Below, in pieces: positions 42,904 through 52,859 of a stretch of DNA of 64,000 nucleotides. The notes beneath the pieces are model-generated. The model was not told the DNA's origin. It saw only the letters and a list, made by a program, of their open reading frames with translations, and did no database searches. The DNA comes from an uncultured Gemmatimonadales bacterium. Its GTDB lineage: Bacteria; Gemmatimonadota; Gemmatimonadetes; Palauibacterales; Palauibacteraceae. The position numbers and the translations under genes are program-made. The DNA lies in assembly GCA_963783385.1 (NCBI GenBank), contig CAWANJ010000009.1, positions 256,001 through 320,000 of the forward strand, given 5' to 3'. Every line of letters starts with the position of its first letter. The stretch's first letter is position 1.

Positions 42904-43068
42904 CGGTCCTCCCGGTGCTCGGAGTCTTCCCGGGCCGCCCGCTCGGGGGCCGCGGCGAGATCGAAGCGTGCCGCTTCCGGCCCGCTCCAACCCAATCTAC
43001 GTCCATGGGTTCCCGAGTGCAGGATCCCTGCCGCGGCGGTCTAGACGCCGTCGGTGCCGGTCACGAGC

Positions 43069-44265
43069 TCAGCCCCGTCGGACCAGGAGCTGGCGGATGA
43101 TGGGGGGTCCCACGGCCTCGCTCACCGTGACTCCGAGGACGACCGTGGCGAAGAACAGGTCGAGGGCGTGGCCCCCGGAGCCTCCCAGGATGTGGCGAAT
43201 CGACACGGCCATGGCGATCGACAGGCCGCCCTGCGCCAGCAGGCCGAGTCCCAGGGCCGGGGTGCGCTGACTGGAGGGCAGGGCGGGGAGGACCGCGAGC
43301 CCGCCGGCGAGCTTGGCGCCCGCTCGCAGCACGACGTAAGCGAGCACCAGAGGTACGACCTCCCACCCGGGCCAGCGCAGGAGGGCGCCCGACAGGAGCA
43401 GGAAGACGACGTGCACGGGCTTCTCCCACCGGACGAGGGCGTCCTGGAGCCGGCGGCTGGCGGGCGAGGCGCGCGCCACGAACACGCCGGCGACCGCGCT
43501 CCCGAACAGGGCCGACAGGTGGAAGAATGCCTGCGTTCCGGCCGCAAGGAGGCCCAGGCCGATCAGGAACAGGACCATCTCGGGGCGGCGCGGTCGGACG
43601 CGGAGGAGGGACACGAGCAGCCAGCCCGCGAGCACGCCGAGCAGCACGGAGGTGAGCAGCCAGCGCACGACCGGAGGCGCGAAGCCTCCCGGGGAGGTGT
43701 GGGGGTGGAGGACGGCGAGCACGACGGCCAGCGCGCCCAGCCCGACGGCCCCATCCAGGCTCCCGGCCACGGACAGGATGCGGGAGAGACCGCCCCGCAC
43801 GGGTGCCGAGCCGAACACGATGGCCAGCCCCGTCGGCGTCGATATGGCGGCGATGGCCGCCGTGCACAGCACGAGGAGCGTGGCCTCTTCACCCGCCCCC
43901 GGGATGCCGCCGACCAACCCGAGTCCGACGGCGGCGAGGAGCGCGAAGGCCACCACCGCCTGGGCCGTGGCTCCCGCCACCTCCGCGGGCCGCAGCGTCG
44001 CCATGACGCTGGAGTCGAATTGCATGCCGAACATGAGGCCGATCCAGCCGAGCCCGAGGACGATGGCGGGAGAGAAGGCGTCCAATAGACCGGGCCCCAG
44101 GAGGTCGGCGCCGTTCGGGCCGAGCAGGAAGCCGACCAGGAGGAAGTGCGTACCGGTGGAGAGGACGAGTCGGATCGACACGGGCGCCCGATCCGCCCGG
44201 AAGCCCCAGCGGGCCCCGAGCATTCCGAGGAGCGCCAGGACGAGCGCCGCGAGGAGCGCCCTCAC
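43069..44265 (-). CDS. Cation:proton antiporter-like (CPA fold) membrane protein
   Basis: About 12-13 hydrophobic segments; LVGFLLGP, GLGWIGLMFGMQFD, GLGLLAQGGLSIA. Confidence 0.72.
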   Translation of the reverse strand: MRALLAALVLALLGMLGARWGFRADRAPVSIRLVLSTGTHFLLVGFLLGPNGADLLGPGLLDAFSPAIVLGLGWIGLMFGMQFDSSVMATLRPAEVAGATAQAVVAFALLAAVGLGLVGGIPGAGEEATLLVLCTAAIAAISTPTGLAIVFGSAPVRGGLSRILSVAGSLDGAVGLGALAVVLAVLHPHTSPGGFAPPVVRWLLTSVLLGVLAGWLLVSLLRVRPRRPEMVLFLIGLGLLAAGTQAFFHLSALFGSAVAGVFVARASPASRRLQDALVRWEKPVHVVFLLLSGALLRWPGWEVVPLVLAYVVLRAGAKLAGGLAVLPALPSSQRTPALGLGLLAQGGLSIAMAVSIRHILGGSGGHALDLFFATVVLGVTVSEAVGPPIIRQLLVRRG

Positions 44266-44615
44266 TCGTCCGTTTCGTCCAGCTCGGGAGCCAGCCCCAC
44301 GGCCCGTGTCACGGGTATCGTGAAGGCGATGCCCGTGGCCGGATCGTGCATGTCGCCGCAGATCTCGGCCAGGAGAGCGAGCGCCTGCTCGGTCTTCTCC
44401 GGGTCGTCGACCACGCTGAACAGCGTGCGATTGCGCGGGCGCGACCGCGACATCAGCGTCTGGAGGCCGGCGAAGATCGGAATGTCCTGGCTGAGCAGGC
44501 GTCCCATTCCCTCGCTCTGCAGCACGGTGGCCCCCGTGATGCCGAGCTCGAGGAAGCCCGCCAGGATGGGGTCCAGCTTCTCCTCTTCGTTGATGACCAC
44601 GACGAGCAGCTCCAT
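44262..44615 (-). CDS. Non-canonical PII-like signal protein (117 aa)
   Basis: MELLVVVIN..KLD.IL...GITGATVLQSEGMGR...LFSVV...TGIAFTIPV follows the PII pattern; SD GGAGG. Confidence 0.75.
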   Translation of the reverse strand: MELLVVVINEEEKLDPILAGFLELGITGATVLQSEGMGRLLSQDIPIFAGLQTLMSRSRPRNRTLFSVVDDPEKTEQALALLAEICGDMHDPATGIAFTIPVTRAVGLAPELDETDE

Positions 44616-44644
44616 GCAGCCTCCGGCGGAGGGGTCGTCCGCAC

Positions 44645-45109
44645 TCAGATGTGGTGGGTCTCGAAGGCGCGGATCGCGTCCACGACCTCTTCCGGCGTCC
44701 GGCTGGAGCGCAACGAGGAGCGAAACCGCGCGTCGCGTGTCAGCCGGGCGATCCGGGCCAGGAGCTTGATGTGCTCGGCACTCCTTCCGGGCGGCGACAG
44801 GAGGAGGAAGAAGAGGTGCACCGGGTCCTCGTCCGCGGCGCCGAAGCGCACACCGGCGGGGGCGATGCCCACCACGACGAGGGCTTCCTGCAGCTCCGCA
44901 CACAGCGCGTGGGGCACGGCGACGCCGCTCCCGAGCGCCGTGGAGTGCGCGCGCTCGCGCTCGAGTAGCAGGGACACGACCGACGCCGGGTCGCTCACCC
45001 GGCCCGCGCGCGCCGCCAGCTCCACCAGCCTTGAGAGCAGCTCCTTCGGCACCCGGTCCTCGAGCCCCACCCTCACCAGCTCCGGACCCACGTAGTCGCC
45101 TAGCTTCAT
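44645..45109 (-). CDS. PTS EIIA (Fru/Ntr family) stand-alone domain
   Basis: ERERAHSTALGSGVAVPHA (phospho-His), PVHLFFLL, HIKLLARIAR. Confidence 0.88.
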   Translation of the reverse strand: MKLGDYVGPELVRVGLEDRVPKELLSRLVELAARAGRVSDPASVVSLLLERERAHSTALGSGVAVPHALCAELQEALVVVGIAPAGVRFGAADEDPVHLFFLLLSPPGRSAEHIKLLARIARLTRDARFRSSLRSSRTPEEVVDAIRAFETHHI

Positions 45110-45323
45110 CACGCCTCGCAGCGGCCTCACAGCTGTGTCGTTCCATCCCGGCACCCGGCCCCAGCATAGACGACGCGGTGTCGGGCCGGCAAGGCGGAGC
45201 GGTCCGGCGCGTTGCCATGGTTTCGCGCCACCGCCTACCTTGTGCCTCCCGGGTCCGGAGGCGCGTGGCCTCCGGCGGGACGCGACCGATCCGGGTCCCT
45301 CAGCCAGGAGATGTCACCAGCGC

Positions 45324-46637
45324 ATGAGCTGCTTCCGCATCCGGGGGCCGGCCCGCCTGTCGGGCAACTTCCGTCCGGCCGGCAACAAGAACGCGGCGCT
45401 TCCCATCCTGGCCGGCTGCTTGCTCACCGACGAGGCGGTCGAGCTCGAGAACGTGCCCGACATCCGGGATGTCCGCACGCTGTGCGACCTCCTCGCGGCC
45501 CTGGGCGCGGAGGTCCGGTGGACGGGCGAGCACACGGTGCAGGTGCGGGCCGCCGAGGTCTCGAAGGGAACGCTGGACCCGGAGCTCGCGGGCCGGATCC
45601 GCGCCTCCGTCCTGCTCGCGGGACCGCTGCTCGCCCGGCGCGGAGAGGTTCGCCTGCCTCCCCCCGGAGGCGACGTGATCGGGCGCCGACGGCTGGACAC
45701 CCACTTCCTGGCCCTGGGCCGACTCGGTGCCGAGGTGGAGGCCGGGGACGCCTACTACCTGAGGAGCCCGGGTCTCCGGGGCGCACGCATCTTCCTCGAC
45801 GAGCCCTCGGTCACGGGCACGGAGAACGCCATCCTGGCGGCCGTGACCGCCCGAGGGACGACCGAGTTGAGGAACGCCGCGGCCGAGCCCCACGTCCAGG
45901 ACTTGTGCCGCTTCCTGATCACGCTGGGCGCGAGCATCGAGGGAATCGGGACCCATACGCTGCGCATCGAGGGCCGCGAGCGGCTGTCGGGCGGGCGCTT
46001 CCGCCTGGGTCCCGATCACATCGAGGTCGGGAGCCTGCTGGGACTGGCCGCCGCCACCCGCTCCCCGCTCGTGATCGAGGACGTGCCCGCCGACACGATG
46101 GACCCGCTGCGGGTGGGCTTCGAGAAGCTCGGCGTGCACTTCGATCTTCGCGACGGAGACCTGCACATCCCGGCCGACCAGGCGCTGGAGATCCAGGCGG
46201 ACCTGGGCGACCAGATCCCGAAGATCGATGACGGGCCGTGGCCGGCGTTCCCGGCCGACCTCATCAGTATCGCCCTCGTGGTGGCGACCCAGTGCCGGGG
46301 GACGATCCTCATCCACGAGAAGATGTTCGAGTCCCGTATGTTCTTCGTGGACAAGCTCATCTCCATGGGCGCCCGCATCGTGCTGTGCGACCCACACCGT
46401 GCCGTGGTCGTCGGCCCCTCCCGCCTGCGCGGCCAGGTCCTGGAGAGCCCCGACATCCGGGCCGGCATGGCGCTGGTCATCGCGGCGCTGGCCGCCGAAG
46501 GGGAGAGCGAGATCCACAACATCCGCCAGATCGAGAGGGGGTACGAGGCCATCGGCAGGCGGCTACGGGCGCTGGGCGCCGAGGTGCACCGCGAGCCCGG
46601 GCCCGAGGGGGGAGGGGCCGAGTGGACGGGAACCTGA
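45324..46637 (+). CDS. murA: UDP-N-acetylglucosamine 1-carboxyvinyltransferase
   Basis: GNKNAALP, RASVLL.GPLLAR, PGGDVIGRR, SVTGTEN, AAEPHV, FESR, DIRAG, IERGYE. Confidence 0.95.
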   Translation: MSCFRIRGPARLSGNFRPAGNKNAALPILAGCLLTDEAVELENVPDIRDVRTLCDLLAALGAEVRWTGEHTVQVRAAEVSKGTLDPELAGRIRASVLLAGPLLARRGEVRLPPPGGDVIGRRRLDTHFLALGRLGAEVEAGDAYYLRSPGLRGARIFLDEPSVTGTENAILAAVTARGTTELRNAAAEPHVQDLCRFLITLGASIEGIGTHTLRIEGRERLSGGRFRLGPDHIEVGSLLGLAAATRSPLVIEDVPADTMDPLRVGFEKLGVHFDLRDGDLHIPADQALEIQADLGDQIPKIDDGPWPAFPADLISIALVVATQCRGTILIHEKMFESRMFFVDKLISMGARIVLCDPHRAVVVGPSRLRGQVLESPDIRAGMALVIAALAAEGESEIHNIRQIERGYEAIGRRLRALGAEVHREPGPEGGGAEWTGT

Positions 46638-47428
46638 CTCCGGCCGTGCCGGCCGCCCGCGCGAATCCGATCACCGAGGTTCGCCGGACGGGCAGGCCCG
46701 GAGAAGCAGCGTTGTTCCGGAACCTGGCCTGGGAGGAGGCGCACCCCGGTCTCGCCGCGGGCATCACGGGGGTCGGGCCGGACGCCGACTACGGTCTCAC
46801 CACGGCGCCCGACCCGTGGACTCTGGCGGACCGCGTGGACCGGCTGTGCGACAGGCTGGGGGCGAGCGCGGCCGCCATGGTGCGGCAGGTACACGGCCGG
46901 CGCGTCGTGCCGCTGGAGGTCGCGCCGGACCGGGGGCTCCTGCTGGCCGGGACGGGGGACGGGTTGGTGTGCGCCGAGCCGGGCACGCTTCTCGTGTTGA
47001 CGGCGGCCGACTGCGTGCCCGTGTACCTTCTGGACCCGGCGTCCGGCGCTTTGGGGCTGGTGCACGCCGGCTGGCGTGGTGCCGCCGCGGGGGTGCTCGA
47101 GGCCGGGGTGGAAGCCATGTCCCACCTGGGAGCGGCGCCCCCCGACCGGATCCGCGTACATTCGGGTCCCGGCATCTGCGGACGCTGCTACGAGGTGGGT
47201 CCGGACGTGCTCCAGGCCTTCGGTCGCCCGGCATCCGCGTCCGGTCAGGTGGACATTCGGTCCGAGCTGGCCCTGCGCGCCCGCTCGGTGGGGATCCGCT
47301 CGGACCATCTGAGCCGGTCGACCTGGTGCACGCGATGCAGCCGGGACCAATTCCACTCGCACCGGGGTATGGGGGGTGAAGCGGGACGGATGGCCGCGTT
47401 CCTCGGGTGGGTCACGCCCGCTCGCTGA
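46622..47428 (+). CDS. pgeF: PgeF/YfiH (polyphenol oxidase-like) family protein
   Basis: QVHG, DGL, ADCVPV, HAGWRG, GPGICGRCYEVG, CT.C...FHSHR. Confidence 0.85.
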   Translation: MDGNLTPAVPAARANPITEVRRTGRPGEAALFRNLAWEEAHPGLAAGITGVGPDADYGLTTAPDPWTLADRVDRLCDRLGASAAAMVRQVHGRRVVPLEVAPDRGLLLAGTGDGLVCAEPGTLLVLTAADCVPVYLLDPASGALGLVHAGWRGAAAGVLEAGVEAMSHLGAAPPDRIRVHSGPGICGRCYEVGPDVLQAFGRPASASGQVDIRSELALRARSVGIRSDHLSRSTWCTRCSRDQFHSHRGMGGEAGRMAAFLGWVTPAR

Positions 47429-47433
47429 GCGGG

Positions 47434-47462
47434 TTGCCCGGCTTCGGCCGAGCGCGTATCAT
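47434..47462 (+). promoter_or_regulatory. Promoter for the rimP-nusA-infB operon
   Basis: TTGCCC, 17 bp spacer, TATCAT. Confidence 0.55.
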
Positions 47463-47530
47463 AAGGCGCCGGCCAGGCAGCACATAGCTGTTCGGGGTTC
47501 GAGCCCGTCCGGAACGCAAGCGGTGCGACG

Positions 47531-47566
47531 AAGTGGGGAAGCCGTATGGGCCCCACTTTTTTGTTT
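47531..47566 (+). terminator. rimP-leader intrinsic terminator/attenuator
   Basis: AAGTGGGG...CCCCACTT stem plus TTTTGTTT, about 30 nt before the rimP ATG; matches the described rimP-leader position and G-run/C-run stem. Confidence 0.8.
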
Positions 47567-47597
47567 GCGTCGAGGGAAGGCGTTGCGTGACAGGGCC

Positions 47598-48092
47598 ATG
47601 ACGCGAGACCTTTTTTCGGACATTGAAACCTGGTTGGAGGGACTCGGCTTCGAGCTCGTGACCTTCCACCGGAGGGGAGGACGGGGTCGGACCGCGCTCC
47701 GGCTGCGGATCGACCGTCTCGGAACGGGCCCGGAGGGTCCGGGCGTTACGATCGACGACTGCGCGCGGGTCAGCCGTGCGCTGCGCTCGTGGCTGGAGGG
47801 CCGGAAGGACGTGCCGGCGGACTACGAGCTCGAGGTGTCGTCGCCGGGCGCGGAACGGCCCCTGGTGCGGCCGAGGGACTACGAGCGGTTCGCCGGCCGG
47901 GAGGCCAGGCTGAAGGGCTACGCGCCCCTGGCGGGACGGTCCAGGTCCTTGCGGGGGCGACTGTTGGGAGTAGTGCCGTCCGTCGATGCCACCGTACGGG
48001 TGGCGATCGAGGTCGCGGGCGAGCGCGTGGAGGTACCGTTGGAGGAGATCGCGAGCGCCAACCTCGTCTACAACTGGGAGGAGGACCTGTAG
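47598..48092 (+). CDS. rimP: Ribosome maturation factor RimP
   Basis: LGFELV, LRLRID, VTIDDCARVSR, YELEVSSPGAERPL. Confidence 0.93.
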   Translation: MTRDLFSDIETWLEGLGFELVTFHRRGGRGRTALRLRIDRLGTGPEGPGVTIDDCARVSRALRSWLEGRKDVPADYELEVSSPGAERPLVRPRDYERFAGREARLKGYAPLAGRSRSLRGRLLGVVPSVDATVRVAIEVAGERVEVPLEEIASANLVYNWEEDL

Positions 48093-48176
48093 GAACGGGC
48101 GGGTGACGGCCCGCGGCGGGCGACCGAAAGTCGGAGCGCGAGGCGACGAGCAGCCAAGAGGACGTGCGGAAGAGAC

Positions 48177-49672
48177 ATGAGCGACAAGATCCCGGTCGTG
48201 GAAGCCTTTCGAGTGATGGCGGCGAACAAGTCGCTGTCGGAGAGCGAACTCCACGACCTCATCCGTGAGGGGATCCACGCCGCGCTGGCCCGGCGGTTCG
48301 GCGGGCCCGTGGAGGCGGAGATCGACATCACCGAGGACGGCGACATCGAGATCGTCGTGCTCAAGGAGGTCGTCGAGGAGGTCGAGGATCCGGCGCGCCA
48401 GATCAGCCTCGAGGAGGCGCGCTGGGACGATCCCGACTTCCAGGTCGGAGACCTCATGGAGATCCCGGTCGCGTTCGAGGATTTCGGCCGCAATGCCGTG
48501 ATGGCGGCCAAGCAGCGGATCATCCAGAGCGTCCGCGAGGGCGAGCGGGAGAAGATCCGCGAGGAGTTCAGCGACAAGCTCGGCGAGCTCGTCTCGGGCG
48601 AGGTCCAGCAGGTGCAGCGCGGGAAGATCGTCGTGATGCTGAATCGCGCCCCCGAGGCCGAGGCCATCATCCCGTGGCGCGAGCAGAACCCGCGGGAACG
48701 CTTTCGGCAGGGTGAGCCGATCCGCGCCGTGCTCAAGAAGGTCGAGGAGACGCCGCGCGGGCCCAAGCTGATCCTGTCGCGTGGGGACCCGGCCTTCGTG
48801 GCCAACCTGTTCGCCATCGAGGTCCCGGAGATCTACCAGGGCATCGTGGAGATCCGGGAGATCGTCCGCGAAGCGGGGGGCGCACGAAGGTCGCCGTTTC
48901 GTCACGGGACGAGTCCGTCGACCCGGTCGGGGCGTGCGTGGGCCTCAAGGGCTCCCGCGTCCAGGCGGTCGTGTCCGAGCTCAGCGGCGAGCGCATCGAC
49001 ATCGTGCCCTGGCACCCCGACCCGGAGATCTTCGCGCGCCGGTCGCTGGCTCCGGCCAAGGTCGCCAAGGTGATCTCGGACGCCGAGCGACACGTGATCA
49101 CGGCCATCGTCGACGAAGACCAGCTGTCGATCGCCATCGGCCGCAACGGCCAGAACGTGCGTCTGGCCTCCCAGCTGATCGGTTGGCAGATTGATTTGTA
49201 TTCCAGCCGGGACTGGATGGAGCGCGAGGCGGAGTCCGTCCTGTTCGGGGGGGGGTCCGAGGAATACGAGTTCGCGGATTTCCCGCTTTCCGAGCTCGAG
49301 GGGATCTCGCCGGCCTCGCTCGCGGCGCTCGAGGCGGTCGGGGTGGGCACCTTCTTCGACGTTCTCGACATGGATCAGGAGGATTTCCTCGAGGTCCCCG
49401 GGATCGACGCCGAAGAGGCGGAGCGGCTCGAGGGCCTCATCGACGAGCTCACGGTCGTCGATGAAGGGACGACGGGCTTGACGCTGGACCTTTCCTCCGC
49501 GGTTGCGGAGATCGGTGGAGATGAGACGTCCGGCGAGGCTTCGGGCGAGGCCGCCGACGGGGGGGACGACGGAGAAGACTCCGGGACGGCCGAGGACGAT
49601 GACGCGTCGGCCGTCGCGGTCTCCACCGAGGGCTCGGAGGAGGAATCCGAGGATGAGCCCGCCGGCGACTGA
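48177..49672 (+). CDS. nusA: Transcription factor NusA; one base missing in the G-run at 48875-48880
   Basis: FGRNAVMAAKQ, S1 domain, LILSR, EVPEI...REAG; then RTKVAV...DPVGACVG.KGSRV, AIGRNGQNVRLAS in the other frame. Confidence 0.93.
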
Positions 49673-50096
49673 GGACCGCGAACTTCGCGCCCTCACGACC
49701 CTCGGGCTGGCCCGGCGGGCCGATCGGGTCGCGATCGGCACGCGTGCGGTTAAGCAAGCGGCGGCAGCCGGCGAGCTGCGCGTCGTCCTCGTGGCGGCGG
49801 ACGCGGGTCCGGGCGCCCGGAAGCGGTTGGGGGCGGTCCTGCGCCTGGAGGGCGTGGACGTCCTTCGTGTCGGCTCACGCCGGCGGCTCGGCCGGGCACT
49901 CGGCCGGGACGACCTGGTCGTGGCCGGCGTGACCGATGAGGGCTTCGCGGCACTGCTCGCCGAGCGGCTGCCGCTCGATCGGGGCGCGGCCCCGGATCGC
50001 CCGCGAGGACAGCGGGACGTGGACGAAAACGGCGCCGGCCGGACCCGACCGGAGCAACGGCGCGGACGGAACAGCGAAGCAGCGAGGCAAGGGTAG
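49653..50096 (+). CDS. L7Ae/YlxQ family RNA-binding protein
   Basis: LGLARRA...G..AV, VLVAADA, LGRALGR, GVTDEGFA; located between nusA and infB. Confidence 0.75.
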   Translation: MSPPATEDRELRALTTLGLARRADRVAIGTRAVKQAAAAGELRVVLVAADAGPGARKRLGAVLRLEGVDVLRVGSRRRLGRALGRDDLVVAGVTDEGFAALLAERLPLDRGAAPDRPRGQRDVDENGAGRTRPEQRRGRNSEAARQG

Positions 50097-50099
50097 ACG

Positions 50100-52817
50100 T
50101 TGGCCAAGTACAGGATCTACGAGGTGGCGGACGAGCTGGGCGCGGAGTCGAGCCAGCTCATCCAGATGCTGCGCGAGATGGGCGTGCCCGTCCGCAGCCA
50201 CATGTCCACCATCGACGATGACCAGGTAGCGCGGCTCCACGCCTGGCTCGAGCGAGAGCGGCGAGCAGGGAACGGTGCGTCGTCCGCCGAGGCCGAGACC
50301 GGGGGCCGCCGCCGCCGTCGTCGTCGTCGCCGTCGCCCGGAGAAGGTGGCCACCGCGGCCGGGTCCGAGGAAGAGGCCGAGCTGTCCGCCGCGGAGGAAG
50401 AGATCTCCGAGGAGGATCTCGAGGAAGAGCTGTTCTCCGAAGCCATCGAGGAGCCGGAGGCGGTCGAAGAGGCCGAGGAAGAGGAAGAGGAGGCGGAGGA
50501 GCTCGAGGCGGAAACGGCCGAGCTCGTCGGGCCCGAGGCCGAAGTCGAGCTCGCGGTCGAGGAAGAGGCCGCCGAGGAGGCGGAAGGGACCGCCGAAGTC
50601 GCCGAGGCGGAGATCGAGGAGGAAGAAGAGGCGGAGGAAGAAGAGGCGGAGGAAGAAGAGGCGGAGGAACCCGCCGAGGCGGCAGCCGAGCCGGAAGGGG
50701 AGGAGTCCGGGGAGGCCGCTCCCAAGAAGAAGAAGAGGAAGCCTCGGCCGGTCCGGCGGGGTCTCAGCCACCGGCACGGCCCGGCCGCGTCGGCGGCGCC
50801 GGGTGGCTCGGTCAAGATCGAGGAAGGGTACGGAGCGGGTGGCCGGCGGGGTCGCCGCGGGCGGCGCAAGAAGCCACGCGTGGACCAGGACGTGGTGCAG
50901 GAGAACGTCAAGAAGACGCTGGCAGCCCTCGAGGGAGGCAGTGGTGGTGGCGGGCGTCGGCGACGTCGTGACACGGGACCGACCGAGACGGAGGTCGAGC
51001 GCGAGAAGCTCGAGCAGGAGCGCGAGGCGGAGAAGACCCGCGTCCGGGTCAACGAGTTCCTCACGGTCGCCGAGCTGGCCGATCTCATCGACGCCTCGGC
51101 CCAGGAGATCATCACGTCGGCCTTCAAGAACCTGGGCCTCATGGTGACGATCAACCAGCGCCTGGACTTCGACCAGATCGAGCTGATCTGCGAGGAGTTC
51201 GGGTACGAGGCGGTTCGCGAGGAGGCCTACGAGGCGGATCTGCCCGAACTGGAGGAGGAAGACGAGGAGGTCAACGAGGAGGACCTGCGGCCTCGCGCTC
51301 CCGTGGTGACCGTGATGGGCCACGTGGACCACGGCAAGACCTCGCTCCTGGACCACATCCGCAAGGCCAACGTGGTCGCCGGCGAGTCCGGCGGGATCAC
51401 CCAGCACATCGGCGCCTACCGGGTCGACCTGGACGGCGGGCGTTCCCTGACCTTCCTCGATACGCCGGGACACGAGGCGTTCACCGCGATGCGCGCGCGC
51501 GGTGCGGACCTTACCGACGTCGTCATCCTCGTCGTCGCGGCCGATGACGCGGTGATGCCGCAGACGGTGGAGGCCATCAGCCACGCCAAGAACGCCGGGG
51601 TTCCGCTGGTCGTCGCCATCAACAAGATCGACCTCCCGAGCGTGGATGTGGCCCGCGTCAAGCAGGACCTCCTCTCCCACGAGGTCGTGCTCGAGGACTT
51701 CGGAGGCGATGTCCTCTCGGCCGAGGTGTCGGCCAAGACGGGCCAGGGCGTCGATGACCTTCTCGAGAAGATCCTGCTCCAGTCCGAGCTCCTGGAGCTC
51801 AAGGCCGACCCGGAGCGGGCCGCGAGGGGCACCGTGGTAGAGGCCGAGCTGGACCGCGGCATGGGTCCGGTGGCCACTGTGCTCGTCCAGAACGGTACGC
51901 TCCGGGTGGGCGATGATTTCCTGTGCGGGCTGCACGCCGGGCGCGTGCGGGCTCTGCTGGACGAGCGCGGAAACAACGTGGAGAGCGCCGGTCCCGCCAC
52001 GCCGGTCCGGGTGCTGGGCCTCGAGGCGGTCCCCCAGGCCGGCGACTCGCTGGTGGCCCTCGAGGCCGACCGGGCCCGGGAGATCGCCACCCGCAGACAG
52101 CAGCTCGAGCGCGAGAAGGACATCCGACGGCGGGCCAAGGGCACGCGACTCGAGGACGTCTTCGAGCAGATCCAGGCCGGGGAGCAGGCGATCCTCAACC
52201 TGGTCATCAAGGGCGACACGGACGGCTCCGTCCAGGCGTTGTCGGATTCGCTGGAGCGCCTCAGCACCGATGAAGTGGCCGTCGAGGTCATCCACCGCGG
52301 CGTGGGCGCCATCAACGAGTCCGACGTCCTGCTGGCCACGACGTCCGATGCCACGATCCTCGGGTTCCACGTGCGGCCTGACAACAAGGCTCGAGCGGTG
52401 GCCGAGTCGGAGGGCGTCGAGATCCGTACCTATGACGTGATCTACGAGGCCGTACAGGACGTGCGCGACGCGCTCGAGGGCATGCTGGAGCCCGAGGAGC
52501 GGGAGATCGTGGTCGGCACGGCGGAGGTGCGACAGCTGTTCCGGGTCCCGAAGGTCGGAACCGTTGCCGGCTGCTACGTCTCGATGGGCCAGATCCAGCG
52601 TAACCTGCCCCTCCGCCTCCTGCGTGACGGGGTGGTGGTCTACGAGGGCAGCATGGACAGCCTCAAGCGCTTCAAGGACGATGTCCGCGAAGTGCGGGAA
52701 GGCTACGAGTGCGGACTGTCCATCGCGGGCTACAACGACGTCAAGGTCGGCGACGTCATCGAGTGCTACCGGGTGGAGGAGGTCGCACGGACGCTGTCTC
52801 AGAGTGCCGCCTCCTAG
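50100..52817 (+). CDS. infB: Translation initiation factor IF-2
   Basis: [46 protein letters not shown]. Confidence 0.97.
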   Translation: MAKYRIYEVADELGAESSQLIQMLREMGVPVRSHMSTIDDDQVARLHAWLERERRAGNGASSAEAETGGRRRRRRRRRRPEKVATAAGSEEEAELSAAEEEISEEDLEEELFSEAIEEPEAVEEAEEEEEEAEELEAETAELVGPEAEVELAVEEEAAEEAEGTAEVAEAEIEEEEEAEEEEAEEEEAEEPAEAAAEPEGEESGEAAPKKKKRKPRPVRRGLSHRHGPAASAAPGGSVKIEEGYGAGGRRGRRGRRKKPRVDQDVVQENVKKTLAALEGGSGGGGRRRRRDTGPTETEVEREKLEQEREAEKTRVRVNEFLTVAELADLIDASAQEIITSAFKNLGLMVTINQRLDFDQIELICEEFGYEAVREEAYEADLPELEEEDEEVNEEDLRPRAPVVTVMGHVDHGKTSLLDHIRKANVVAGESGGITQHIGAYRVDLDGGRSLTFLDTPGHEAFTAMRARGADLTDVVILVVAADDAVMPQTVEAISHAKNAGVPLVVAINKIDLPSVDVARVKQDLLSHEVVLEDFGGDVLSAEVSAKTGQGVDDLLEKILLQSELLELKADPERAARGTVVEAELDRGMGPVATVLVQNGTLRVGDDFLCGLHAGRVRALLDERGNNVESAGPATPVRVLGLEAVPQAGDSLVALEADRAREIATRRQQLEREKDIRRRAKGTRLEDVFEQIQAGEQAILNLVIKGDTDGSVQALSDSLERLSTDEVAVEVIHRGVGAINESDVLLATTSDATILGFHVRPDNKARAVAESEGVEIRTYDVIYEAVQDVRDALEGMLEPEEREIVVGTAEVRQLFRVPKVGTVAGCYVSMGQIQRNLPLRLLRDGVVVYEGSMDSLKRFKDDVREVREGYECGLSIAGYNDVKVGDVIECYRVEEVARTLSQSAAS
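50619..50669 (+). repeat. In-frame 15-bp tandem repeat (GAGGAAGAAGAGGCG x3.4, encoding EEEEA)
   Basis: Three exact copies at 50619, 50634 and 50649. Confidence 0.9.
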
Positions 52818-52859
52818 GGCCCGAGCCCGTCCCCGTTCCGGATCGCAGCCTCCCGTATC

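Noticed and set aside
47490-47515. Possible third tRNA (GGTTCGAG)
   Set aside because: No acceptor stem, D-arm or anticodon arm can be built. It is kept only as a leader hairpin.
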